Shown piece after piece: positions 45,801-57,717 of a DNA stretch of 64,000 nt (the first letter of the stretch is position 1; every line of letters begins with the position of its first letter). The position numbers were made by a program, and so were the translations under genes. A model generated the notes under the pieces. That model worked only from the letters and a program-made list of their open reading frames with translations. It was not told where the DNA came from and ran no database searches. The DNA lies in NCBI GenBank assembly GCA_002269645.1, contig NIVC01003324.1, positions 1 to 64,000 on the forward strand. Reading direction: 5' to 3'. This stretch comes from Macrostomum lignano. Lineage: Eukaryota.

Positions 45801-47026
45801 AGCTTGTACTTTGGGATATCTTTAAATATCCCAATGTCAGATTCTTCCCTAAATCCCGATCAGAATCCTGAATCCTCAAATATCCCAGTATCAGATTCTT
45901 CCCTAAATCCCGATCAGAATCCTGAATCCTCAAATATCCCAGTATCAGATTCTTCCCTAAATCCCCAAATATCCCAGTGTCAGACTACTCCCTAAATCGC
46001 GATCCCCAAATATCCCATTGTTAGACTATTCTCCAAGTCCCCAAATATCCCAGTGTCAGACTATTCCCTAAACCCACAAATATCCCAGTATCAGATTCTT
46101 CCCTAAATCCCCAAGTATCCCATTGTTAGACTATTCTCCAAGTCCCCAAATATCCCATTGTTAGACTATTCTCCAAGTCCCCAAATATCCCATTGTTAGA
46201 CTATTCTCCAAGTCCCCAAATATCCCATTGTTAGACTATTCTCCAAGTCCCCAAATATCCCAGTGTCAGACTATTCCCTAAACCCACAAATATCCCAGTA
46301 TCAGATTCTTCCCTAAATTCCCAAAAAGATTCTTCCCCAAATCCCCAAATATCCCAGTGTCCTATTATTCCTTAAATTCTCAAATATCCCAGTGTCAGAT
46401 TCTTCCCCAAATCCCCAAATATGCCTGTATGAAATTCTTCCCTCAATCTCCAAATATCCCAGTGTCAGACTATTCCTGAACTGCCAGCTCCCCGCACTTG
46501 CCACAGGCGATTCGCCGAGACCTACTACAGTCAATTCCCTGGCCTGTACTTCACCGGTGACGGCGCCAGCAGAGACGCGCAGGGCTTCCTGCACATCACC
46601 GGCCGAGTCGATGACGTCATCAACGTGACCGGACACCGGCTGGGCACGGCTGAAATCGAGGACGCCCTGGACAGCCACCCGGCTGTGAGCGAGACCGCCG
46701 TGATCGGCTACCCCCACAAGCTCAAAGGCGAGGCTGTGTACGCCTTCGTCATCCTGAAAGACGGCGTCTCAATTGACCGTCTGGGCGACCTTCGGCGCGA
46801 GCTGAAGCGTCGAGTCCGGGACCGCATCGCGGCCTACGCCGTGCCTGAGAAGCTGCTGTTCACCGACGGTCTGCCGAAAACACGGAGCGGCAAAATTATG
46901 CGCCGCATATTGAAACGAATCGCTGCTGAAGACTATGACAGCATCGGGGACATCAGCACCTTGGCTGATCCGTCCGTGGTGGAGGCTCTGAAACAGCATC
47001 ACGATTTGTACCAGCGGCACAAATGA
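40187..47026 (+). CDS. ACSS1: Acetyl-CoA synthetase, mitochondrial type; join(40187..40463,41860..41956,42341..42540,43219..43394,44289..44695,45455..45790,46507..47026), about 670 aa
   Basis: GGKLNASANCIDRH; [13 protein letters not shown]; [12 protein letters not shown]; [11 protein letters not shown]; VGEPLN; [10 protein letters not shown]; YFTGDG; [12 protein letters not shown]; [12 protein letters not shown]. All introns are GT-AG and phase-consistent. The Arg/Leu-rich N-terminus suggests a mitochondrial presequence (ACSS1 rather than ACSS2 is an inference). Confidence 0.95.
40537..40933. mobile_element. hAT (Charlie-like) MITE in ACSS1 intron 1
   Basis: TIRs CAGGGGTAGGCAAAC and GGTTGCCTACCCCTG; 8-bp flanks gactcggg/ctctaggg (5/8 match); GA-rich interior. 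Confidence 0.75.
42236..42316. repeat. (CTGA)n microsatellite in ACSS1 intron 2
   Basis: Direct reading. Confidence 0.95.
42672..43081 (-). mobile_element. tRNA-derived SINE (42808-43081) with an expanded (GTA)n tail (42672-42807), in ACSS1 intron 3
   Basis: A box TAGTGGTTAGAG, B box GGTTCGATT; body collinear with the copy at 58198-58472. Confidence 0.85.
43490..44280. repeat. 34-bp minisatellite (ctctagaatgtgacccccttaattactggcctcc) in ACSS1 intron 4
   Basis: Direct reading; degenerates up to the splice acceptor. Confidence 0.92.
44860..45195. repeat. 32-bp minisatellite (gtgtctcaggtgtgac-atcacacaattaaagt) in ACSS1 intron 5
   Basis: Direct reading. Confidence 0.92.
45238..45315 (+). other. 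Dispersed ~80-nt repeat core, copy 5 (ACSS1 intron 5)
   Basis: gggccagccctcaaggcacagatgagtgtacatgc...ttagaaagtcaggaccgctgtacaccctgtgtgag. Confidence 0.78.
45830..46480. repeat. ~35-bp degenerate minisatellite (aaatatcccagt.tcaga.t.ttccctaaatcccc) in ACSS1 intron 6
   Basis: Direct reading. Confidence 0.9.
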
Positions 47027-47096
47027 ATTCAAGTTTCAATTTAGTGCGATAAAAAACTATAATTTAATAATTGCCTATCTGCAGCACGGATACTAG

Positions 47097-47477
47097 AATA
47101 ACTAGATGGGCCACTCAGCACATTTGCGTGTAAGCTACTTTCAGTTCAGTAGTAATTTAAACTGAAGCATTTTAATGTATTTTTTTAAGACGAGGCTCAT
47201 TTTATTGGCTCTTACCCCTGCCCCGCCACCCAATTTTTATTACCTTCCTCGGTTGTTCCAGCCTAAAGCTTCCTTCCATGTACATTTCAGTGGCCAATGT
47301 ACAATTATGGCTGAACCAATTAGCCAGTTATTTACGCCTGCAAGCTTGGGGCTTCTAAACTTATCAAAGTAATTTCAGCTGCCTTTATTTTTAAAAAATT
47401 TTTCTTCTTTGCTACTGAACTGAAAGTAGAAAGCTGTTTTACTAAGTACATGTGCATGAGTGGCCCATCTGGTTATT
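47097..47477. mobile_element. MITE-like inverted-repeat element just 3' of the ACSS1 stop
   Basis: 21-bp inverted termini AATAACYAGATGGGCCACTCA plus an internal inverted pair ctactttcagttcagtag / ctactgaactgaaagtag. Confidence 0.7.
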
Positions 47478-48109
47478 ATCGTATCTGTAGTCTCGCATCA
47501 TTGTATATATTATAGATGATTACTAATGCGCTGTTTTATCCGCATTGAAAATGCCTGATTCTTTTTTTATTAATTTTTAGAGTTTTGAGTTTTTAACTTT
47601 TATCTAAACCTTTATATTGTGATTCGAAACCATATTTTTTTCTAAAAACATTTTCCGCGCGCAATACTGGCTACTAATAGTAGGTCAAATATTGCCCATG
47701 ATTGATTTTTTAATAATATTATGTGCCTGAGTTTGTTAAATCTGACTCTTGAGTCTTCATTATCGATTTGTTTATTCAGGTAGCCGAAATGAGGATTATT
47801 GTTATTATTTTTACATCATTTTTTATTCATTAGCCAATTGATTCATGTGGTAGGCTTGCCTGCTGATTTCATTTTTTCTTGTATATTTTTAAGTACTATT
47901 TTTCCGGCTTGCCAGTCTAACAATAAGCCTATTGTGTCATCGAAATTGTTTCATAGTTGTGAGCATATTTTATAAATCATATTCTGTTAAATCATATTGT
48001 ATTGGCTAGCAGCCGTATTTTTATTCGATATACAAGTTCTATATATAGTCAGGTATATTCTCTATATTAGAAATTACTTTTTTGACTTGCTGCTTCAATT
48101 GTACAGGGT

Positions 48110-48575
48110 GTCTCAGTCTCAGGTGTGACCGAGCATAGCATATGGGTGTCTCAGGTGTGACCGAGCATAGCATATGGGTGTCTCAGGTGTGACCGAGCAT
48201 AGCATATGGGTGTCTCAGGTGTGACCGAGCATAGCATATGGGTGTCTCAGGTGTGACCGAGCATAGCATATGGGTGTCTCAGGTGTGACCGAGCATAGCA
48301 TATGGGTGTCTCAGGTGTGACCGAGCATAGCATATGAGTGTCTCAGCTGTGACCCTGCGTAACATATGGGTGTCTCAGGCGTGACCCAGCATAGTATATG
48401 GATGTCTCAGGTGTGACCCAGCATAGCATATGGGTGTCTCAGGTGTGACCCAGCATAGCATATGGGTGTCTCAGGTGTGACCCAGCATAGCATATGGGTG
48501 TCTCAGGCGTGACCCAGCATAGCATAAGCGTCTCAAGTGTGACCCAGCATAGCTTATGAGTGTCTCAAGTGACTC
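48110..48575. repeat. 32-bp minisatellite (gtgtctcaggtgtgac-cgagcatagcatatgg)
   Basis: Direct reading; shares a 16-bp half-unit with the 44860 array. Confidence 0.93.
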
Positions 48576-51383
48576 AGTCATGCAATTCGGAACATTCCAG
48601 TTCTCATCATCAGGAGCTTCAGCGGGAGCGGCAGCCGCTGTCTCGGACCTGCTGTCCAGACGCATCCGGGAACTACAAGCTGGCGTGGTCAGCCTGTGCA
48701 ATCAGACAGTGCAATTGTTAAGCCAAGACTTGACCGGCCTTGCCCAGCAGATTGACGGTTTGACAGATGAAAATCGGCGCTTAAAATTCGCGTTGGAGAG
48801 CCAGTCTGGCGCCAATGTGCCGCAGCCTCCGCCTCCGCCGTCTTTGTTGGCAACTAAAAAATGGTCCAGCGAAGTCCTGCCCCCGTCCGTCAAGGTGTCC
48901 CCCGCCAAGCAGAGACTGTCTGACTCACCCAGGAAGACGGCATCGAATAGCAATAAGAGAAAGCTGACTCTGGTTCTCGACCAGCAACAGTCTCCCAATA
49001 AGTAAGTGGTGCGCGCATTCAGTACCTTTCATTTGGAGTTGTCTGAAATAGTGTATTTTTTAGTCTGCACTGTCTGCAGACGGGAGAGGGTGTGAGGCCA
49101 TAGACGAGAGGGTGTGAGGCCATAGACAGGAGAGGGTGTGAGGCCATAGACAGGAGAGGGTGTGAGGCCATAGACAGAAGAGGGTTCTGAGGCCATAGAC
49201 AGGAGAGGGTTTTGAGACCATAGAAGAGGGTGTGAAGCCATAAACAGGATAGGATTCTTAGACCATTGACAGAAGAGGGTGTGAGGCCATAGACATAGTG
49301 GGGCGTGAGGCCATAGATATAGTGGGGCGTGAGGCCATTGACAGAAGAGGGTGTGAGGCCATATACAGAAGAGGGTGTGAGGCCATAGACAGAAGAGGGT
49401 GTGAGGCCATAGACAGAAGAGGGTGTGAGGCCATATACAGAAGAGGGTGTGAGGCCATAGACAGAAGAGGGTGTGAGGCCATAGACAGAAGAGGGTGTGA
49501 GGCCATAGACAGAAGAGGGTGTGAGGCCATAGACATAGTGGGGCGTGAGGCCATAGACATAGTGGGGCGTGAGGCCATAGACATAGTGGGGCGTGAGGCC
49601 ATAGACATAGTGGGGCGTGAGGCCATAGACATAGTGGGGCGTGAGGCCATAGACATAGTGGGGTGTGAGGCCATAGACATAGTGGGGTGTGAGGCCATAG
49701 ACATAGTGGGGTGTGAGGCCATAGACATAGTGGGGTGTGAGGCCATAGACATAGTGGGGTGTGAGGCTATAGACAGGTGAGGTTGTGAGTCCATAAGACA
49801 GGAGAGGACAATACTGACACCTAAATTTTGTATCCAGGCTCCTAACCGGGTCACGAGCGCCGCATCAGCACAATAACCCATCGGACACCAGCAACCTGAG
49901 CTCCAAGCGCTACCGTCAGACCACCCTACTGCAGACTGACGCTAAGTGCAAAATTAATCTATCAACTATTGGTGCAAATTCAACAGCTGCATGTGTTACT
50001 AGCACTAAAAATACTACTACTGCTACTACTAGCTGCAGCAGTAGTATAGTAAAGAAGCCGGCTGCAGTACCAGCAGACAACTGGCTCCTGCCGGACAGTC
50101 AGTTCAGTACAAATGAGAGCGTCTCCCTGTTGCGAGCCGCCGGCCTCGGAGCTCCAGCTGCCGCTTCAACAGCCGCTCCAGTCAGCTCTGAACAGCTGCA
50201 ATGCGATACTGAAGAAGGAGAAGAGACAGTTATACCACTGCGCAAGCCCTTGGACCTGGAGAATAATTTTTTGACTGTAAGTCGACTTTTGTTTAACTAG
50301 CAACCCGTACTAACCGTGGCCAAATCCTGCTTAACTTTCAGTAGCTAATGGTATATGTTGTAGGTCTCTTGAAAAGGTACGCCGGTTCGATTCCCTATAC
50401 TGAGGGTGTGCTCACACAGTAAAACTGGCCAATGCCTTGCTGTACATGCCTGACTCATGCCTGACTCATGTACTACTATGTATCGTAGTACATGTAATAG
50501 CAGCCGATATGTATCGTAGTACATGTAATAGCAGCCGATATGTATCGTAGTACATGTAATTGCAGCCGATATGTACCGTAGTACTTGTAATAGTGCCCGA
50601 TATGTATCGTAGTACGTGTAATAGTGCCCGATATGTATCGTAGTCCATGTAATAGCAGCTGATATGTATCGTAGTCCATGTAATAGCAGCTGATATGTAT
50701 CGTAGTTCATGTAATAGCAGCCGATATGTATGGTAGTACGTGTAATAAAAATAATGAGAATACACAATCCCACCTGTTTATCATCGGTCCCACCCTACCA
50801 CCGCCCCATATAGACGCGGCCAGAACCAGCCGCAGCCGCTGTCGCCCTGGAGCCTGACAATTCGGTGGACGACGAAGGCAGCGAGACTTTAAAAATTGCC
50901 CGGCCCGCTCCTTCGGCAGCGGCAGCGAAGGAAGAAGACAATGCCAGGGAGACTGAAGAGTCCCCGGTGTTCAATCGCAGCGACCATCTGCTGCACGGCA
51001 CCACCCCGACGCCGCCTCCGCCTGCTCAGCATCGAAAGTACACCCTGGCCGATTATAACAAACTGCCGGAGCCGCCAAAGCCCAGCTATCGAGAGGCCTG
51101 CGTTGTTCGGCGTCGCGACGATCGAATGGCATTGGACGCGCACTGCTGCCCAGACTGCGAGGCCTGGTTCGCCGACCTGTCGCCGGAGTCTCGCCGTCAG
51201 CGCCTGCGCCAATGCGGCCGGCATCGCGACAATCAGCGGCCGCCAGTTCAGGCGCCAAATTTTTTTGCGATAGAAATGCCGCCAACCCCGGAGCCGGCGC
51301 CGACGCAGTGCATGAAGTTTGGCAAACGGCGGCACCGCCCGCTGAGGATGCTTGCGAAAGAGCACAAAGAGAAGCGGAAATAA
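48556..51383 (+). CDS. RBBP8: CtIP/Sae2-like DNA end-resection factor; join(48556..49001,49838..50276,50814..51383), about 484 aa, 5' end uncertain
   Basis: N-terminal coiled coil (LLSRRIRELQ...IDGLTDENRRLKFAL). C-terminal Sae2 domain VVRRRDDRMALDAHCCPDCEAWF...CGRHR...NFFAIEMP matches CtIP VVRKKEERRKL.GHTCKECE.YY...CSRHR...NFWEVGFP. Junctions are phase-consistent. Confidence 0.82.
49080..49800. repeat. 24-bp minisatellite (gtgaggccatagacagaagagggt / gtgaggccatagacatagtggggc) in CtIP intron 1
   Basis: Direct reading; two variant blocks. Confidence 0.93.
50470..50740. repeat. 31-bp minisatellite (tcgtagtacatgtaatagcagccgatatgta) in CtIP intron 2
   Basis: Direct reading. Confidence 0.9.
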
Positions 51384-51862
51384 CCCCCCAGCCAAGACTT
51401 TCTTTTATTTTTCCGATAGCAAAACTCGCTACTTGTCTACTGTCAGTAGCTCAGTACGCATTTTTATTTTAAAAAATCATTTTTACTTTTCTTTCTAATC
51501 TTTGCGCTAAAATTCTTATCTCACCTACTATCAGTAGTTGAGTTTGGAAAGCGTTGATTTGAATTCAATTCTTTGGCTTGCATTTTCCCTATTTTGTATA
51601 TGCTGCTCTGGTGCTAACACGAGCGAATTAGCTCTCAGTCAGCCATGGCATCTGTGCATTAATACTTTAAATTAATATAATTAGAAAGGTAAAAGCTAAA
51701 TTTTCCAATTTTTATCATATTTATTGGCTTAAAACAGTGCATATTCACCGTGTTACCTTACGATATGACTTCTTTACTTTTAATGATCAGCAATAATAGC
51801 AGCTGAAATTATAATTCAGATGAGGGATGCCATTATGCAATTGTCAGATTTGACTTGTCAGA

Positions 51863-54255
51863 TCACGTGACCTGGGCGAATCGGCCCCTCGGCTCGTTAA
51901 ACAATCGGCGAATGAAGTGAGTAGTGACTCCCACTGAGAGCAGCTGCAGGCACAGGGCTGTCCAGACCCTCCACTGGATTGACCAGTTTGTGGTCTCCAG
52001 GGCTGAGGTGTCCTTGTAAATCTCCGAGTGGGCTCGCACGTAAGACAGCACCTTGGTGACCCGCCACTCCAGCTCGCCTACGGAGGCCTGTTGGGGCGGT
52101 AATGTGGAAATACCTGTGTAGCTGGCAATTATCTCTGTCCAATGGTGTCTCTCATTCTGCTGTGAGTGACTCTGGTGCTGGCGCCTCTGGTGCTGGCGCC
52201 TCTGGTGCTGGCGCCTCTGGTGCTGGCGCCTCTGGTGCTGGCGCCTCTGGTGCTGGCGCCTCTGGTGCTGGCGCCTCTGGTGCTGGCGCCTCTGGTGCTG
52301 GCGCCTCTGGTGCTGGCGCCTCTGGTGCTGGCGCCTCTGGTGCTGGCGCCTCTGGTGCTGGCGCCTCTGGTGCTGGCGCCTCTGGTGCTGGCGCCTCTGG
52401 TGCTGGCGCCTCTGGTGCTGGCGCCTCTGGTGCTGGCGCCTCTGGTGCTGGCGCCTCTGGTGCTGGCGCCTCTGGTGCCTCTCAAATAAACTGGCGCCTC
52501 TCAAATAAACTGGCGCCTCTCAAGTAAACTGGCGCCTCACAAAATAAACTGGCGCCCTTTCAAATAAAATGGCCGAGAGATCCTGGCTCTAACTCAACTG
52601 CTATGGCTGCTGATATTGCATGATTTACATGACACAGAACAGAGTACATGTACATGAAATTCCTTGCCTCCAACCCTGACTCACCGTGGCATAGTTGGAA
52701 AAGTTGTGCAACTTCTCAAAGTGCTGCTCGCCGCTGACCATCTCGGGAGGAATAAAGCGGTAGGAACTGTAGGCCAGCATCTTGCGCTGGCCCCGGTTTA
52801 TGATGCAGGTCTCGAATGTGTCTGGGCAATTATGAAATTTAATACAAACTGGATTTCAATCTAACTATAGGGTGCTGTAATTATGATTATTACAATTACG
52901 TAGAAAGTTAATGGCATCCTTACTGGTGTCGTTGACAATCAGTTGGTGTCGGAATTGGCTCACTTGGAACTCGGAGACCACCAGATTGTTCTGTCCGTCG
53001 CCAATTATGACGTCAAATTTGTCGTCCTGATAGAATTGCACCGTCTGTTTTGTGGGTGTGGGGAGTGGGGAGTGATCAGGTGAGAGTGAGGGAGAGTGAC
53101 CAGGTGAGAGCGAGGGAGAGTGATCAGGTGAGAGTGAGGGAGAGTGATCAGGTGAGAGTGAGGGAGAGTGATCAGGTGAGAGTGAGGGAGAGTGATCAGG
53201 TGAGAGTGAGGGAGAGTGATCAGGTGAGAGTGAGGGAGAGTGATCAGGTGAGAGTGAGGGAGAGTGATCAGGTGAGAGTGAGGGAGATTGATCAGGTGAG
53301 AGTGAGGGAGAGTGATCAGGTGAGAGTGAGGGAGAGTGATCAGGTGAGAGTGAGGGATATTGATCAGGTGAGAGTGAGGGAGAGTGATCAGGTGAGAGTG
53401 AGGGAGATTGATCAGGTGAGAGTGAGGGAGAGTGATCAGGTGAGAGTGAGGGAGAGTGATCAGGTGAGAGAGGGAGAGTGATCAGGTGAGAGAGGGAGAG
53501 TGATCAGGTGAGAGAGAGGGAGATTGATCAGGTGAGAGTGAGGGAGAGTGATCAGGTGAGAGTGAGGGAGAGTGATCAAGTGAGAGTGAGGGAGAGTGAT
53601 CAGGTGAGCGAGAGAGTGATCCGATTAGAGCGAGAGAGAGTGATCAGGGGAAGTGGGAGTGTGATCAGAGGAGAGTGGGAGAGTGATCAGGGAAAAGTGG
53701 GAGAGTGATCAGGGAAAGTGGGAGAGTGATCAGGGAAAAGTGGGAGAGTGATCAGAGGAGAGTAGGAGAGTGATCAGGTGAGAGTGCGGAGAGTGATCAC
53801 TTTGGAGAGAAGCATTGAAAGTGATCAGGTGGTTGAGATAGTGACAGTCTTGGCCAGAATAAGTTTAAAAATAGTGATGAAGATGTGGTGTAGAGGCTGG
53901 ACAGAGCAAATCACTGGCAGACCAAAAAGTGGGCAGTCGGGCTCACCTGAACATCCTGAATGTAAAAGTGGCCGGCCAGCAGCACTGCGTAGAAGCACTG
54001 GCTGCCGTCTTTATCCAGCTCGATTCGGCCATTGAACGATTTCATTGCCATGACAACCGACTGCAGCGGGTCCATAGCGCCCAGGTAGGTTGTCTCCAGC
54101 CTGTCCGTCTGCACGGACACGTCCGGATTGCCCGGCCGGTCTGTCCGAGGAATCACGTGAACGCCCGGCAGTTCCGGCCGCTTTTTCAATTTCGGTTCTT
54201 CGGCGACTGCGATGCTGCAAGCTGCTACTACTATGAGTAGCTTGCAGGTTAGCAT
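51863..54255 (-). CDS. p24/TMED-family (GOLD domain) protein, copy A; complement(join(51863..52159,52685..52821,52924..53044,53947..54255)), about 287 aa
   Basis: Signal peptide; GOLD cysteines ([21 protein letters not shown]); helical stalk; TM ([19 protein letters not shown]); short tail [15 protein letters not shown]. Intron phases 0,1,0. Exon-4 acceptor could be 52159 or 52156. Confidence 0.75.
52170..52480. repeat. 15-bp minisatellite (tctggtgctggcgcc) in TMED-A intron 3
   Basis: Direct reading; abuts the splice acceptor. Confidence 0.96.
53070..53830. repeat. 24-bp minisatellite (gagagtgatcaggtgagagtgagg) in TMED-A intron 1
   Basis: Direct reading. Confidence 0.94.
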
Positions 54256-55029
54256 TGTGCTCCTGTGCCGAATTGCAATTGTAAATTAAATGGTGCTTAT
54301 AGTAGCCTATGATGAAGATGCTGATTCCTTGTAAGTCTGGTAAACTATCCCGCTCATGCCAGAACAATGACAGACGAAATGAATTAATTTGCTAGCTCGT
54401 GACAGCAGGTCAATATCTTGAAGCTCTCTATAATGCCCTGCTCAAACTTAAAAGAAATTGTATATGCATGTGTGTTGCGTGCATTGGGTGTGTGTAATTT
54501 CCTGTTGAATGGCAGAACAGTACAGTAGCTCTTGGTCCCAGTGAGACAGAGAGATCGTGCGCTCGCTCGCTCTGAACTGCTCAAAGTCATTCCCGGATCG
54601 TATTTAAAAAAACTTCGTTTTCATAGAATGCACTTAGCAATTACTCAGCCTTGGCGAGCCGGTGTAGAATTGAAATGGAAATGACAATGGCGGGGGGGAG
54701 GGTTAGGTTTGGATTGGTCAAAGTTTTTCAGAATTTTTTCACTGAGCAGGACGGGACGGAAGGAAGGAAGGGGCATCCGGTGCCCGGTATTTGCACAGCC
54801 GTTCATTGAGTTGGGGAATTTCTCCAATATGTGCTTGAATGTGTCCAGGTGCTTTGATTAGATTCTCTATGAATTTTTTTTTAATTATCTGTAAATTACT
54901 TTGCTTTGCAATGCAATGCAACGCGTAAGTTTCTCAATGAACTTCGTTTTGTCAAGCTTGTTTATCTGCAGTGCAGCGTCCGGGATCGAGCTCCGGACCT
55001 TCTGGTCAACAGGAGAAAAAATATGCATT

Positions 55030-55460
55030 TACAGATCCTAAACTTCACACACGCTAAACTTCACAGACCCTAAACTTTCCGTTTCACCGTTTCACAGACC
55101 CTAAACTTCACAAACCCTAAACTTCACAGACCCTAAACTTCACAGACCCTAAACTTCACAGACCCTAAATTTCACAGACCCTAAACTTCACAGACCCTAA
55201 ACTTCACAGACCCTAAACTTCACAGACCCTAAACTTCACAGACCCTAAACTTTCCGTTTCACCGTTTCACAGACCCTAAACTTCACAGACCCTAAATTTC
55301 ACAGACCCTAAACTTCACAGACCCTAAACTTTCCGTTTCACCGTTTCACAGACCCTAAACTTCACAGACCCTAAATTTCACAGACCCTAAACTTCACAGA
55401 CCCTAAACTTCACAGACCCTAAACTTCACAGACCCTAAACTTCACAGACCCTAAGCTTCA
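55030..55460. repeat. 16-bp minisatellite (cacagaccctaaactt)
   Basis: Direct reading. Confidence 0.94.
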
Positions 55461-55859
55461 AGGACACTACATTTTGCAAAGGTTATACTTCAGACACTGA
55501 CCTGCTTTACTTTGAGGTTCAGTGGTTTAAAACTTCAGTACAATGATATAAAAAAGAAAAACGCTAACGAGTAAAACAATGCAAATTTTCTAACAATCTT
55601 TTAGTTGATATTTTGAATTGTTAGACTGTTTCAGCACAATATTTATTATTTTATCTTTCCGTTGTAAAGCTACAGTTTAATTAGAGAAAGCCAGGTCCAC
55701 TTGAGGACTGAAAAAGCATCAAAGTTAGAAGCCCAGATGGAGAACAGACATTTGTTAAGCAGAATGCAAAGACACGCTAAGACTCTCATGCTAGCTGTCC
55801 AGCTTGAATAAGTGCGCGCGGTCAGTATTGCAGACTCATTGATGATGCATTGAGTTTTT

Positions 55860-57610
55860 AGCCACATCGCACCATAGAGACACATCGCACCATAGAGACA
55901 CATCGCACCATAGAGACACATCGCACCATAGAGACACATCGCACCATAGAGACACATCACATCATAGAGACACATCGCACCATAGAGACACATCACATCA
56001 TAGAGACACATCGCACCATAGAGACACATCGCACCATAGAGACACATCGCACCATAGAGACACATCACATCATAGAGACACATCACATCATAGAGAGACA
56101 TCACACCATAGAGACACATCACACCATAGAGACACATCACATCATAGAGACACATCACACCATATAGAGACACGTCACACCATAGAGACACATCGCACCA
56201 TAGAGACACATCGCACCATAGAGACACATCACATCATAGAGACACATCGCACCATAGAGACACATCACATCATAGAGACACATCGCACCATAGAGACACA
56301 TCGCACCATAGAGACACATCGCACCATAGAGACACATCACATCATAGAGAGACACGTCACACCATAGAGATATGTCACACCATAGAGACACGTCACACCA
56401 TAGAGACACATCACATCATAGAGACACATCACATCATAGAGAGACACGTCACACCATAGAGATATGTCACATCATAGAGACACATCACATCATAGAGACA
56501 CGTCACATCATAGAGACACATTACACCATAGAGACACATCACATCATAGAGACACATCACATCATAGAGACACATCACACCATAGAGACACATCACACCA
56601 TAGAGACACATCACACCATAGAGACACATTACACCATAGAGACACATCACACCATAGAGACACATCACACCATAGAGACACATCACATCATAGAGACACA
56701 TCACACCATATAGAGACACGTCACACCATATAGACACATCGCACCATAGAGACACATCGCACCATAGAGACACATCACATCATAGAGACACATCGCACCA
56801 TAGAGACACATCACATCATAGAGACACATCGCACCATAGAGACACATCGCACCATAGAGACACATCGCACCATAGAGACACATCACATCATAGAGAGACA
56901 CGTCACATCATAGAGACACATCACATCATAGAGACACGTCACATCATAGAGAGACATCACACCATAGAGACACGTCACACCATAGAGAGACATCACACCA
57001 TAGAGACACATCACACCATAGAGACACATCACACCATAGAGACACATCACACCTTAGAGACACATCACACCATAGAGACACATCACACCATAGAGACACA
57101 TCACATCATAGAGAGACACGTCACACCATAGAGATATGTCACACCATAGAGACACGTCACACCATAGAGACACATCACATCATAGAGACACATCACATCA
57201 TAGAGAGACACGTCACACCATAGAGATATGTCACACCATAGAGACACGTCGCACCATAGAGACACATCACATCATAGAGACACGTCACATCATAGAGACA
57301 CATTACACCATAGAGACACATCACATCATAGAGAGACATCACACCATAGAGACACATCACATCATAGAGAGACATCGCGCCATAGAGACACATCACACCT
57401 TAGAGACACGTCACATCATAGAGAGACATCACACCATAGAGACACATCACACCATAGAGACACATCGCGCCATAGAGACACATCACACAATAGAGACACA
57501 TCACACCATAGAGACACATTACACCATAGAGACACATCACATCATAGAGAGACATCACACCATAGAGACACATCACATCATAGAGAGACATCACACCATA
57601 GAGACACATT
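55860..57610. repeat. 18-bp minisatellite (catagagacacatcgcac and variants), about 1.75 kb
   Basis: Direct reading; lies between the two TMED genes. Confidence 0.95.
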
Positions 57611-57717
57611 AAAATAGTATCAAGTTAAAGACAGCCTTGTCACACATGACAATAACTCACATAGCAAATACATGACACAATACATCGAATCCAAGCAGCT
57701 CATGTGCTACCAGCATC

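Noticed and set aside
49840-49930. Possible small RNA or SINE-like GC-rich segment
   Set aside because: It is in-frame coding sequence of CtIP exon 2 (49838-50276).
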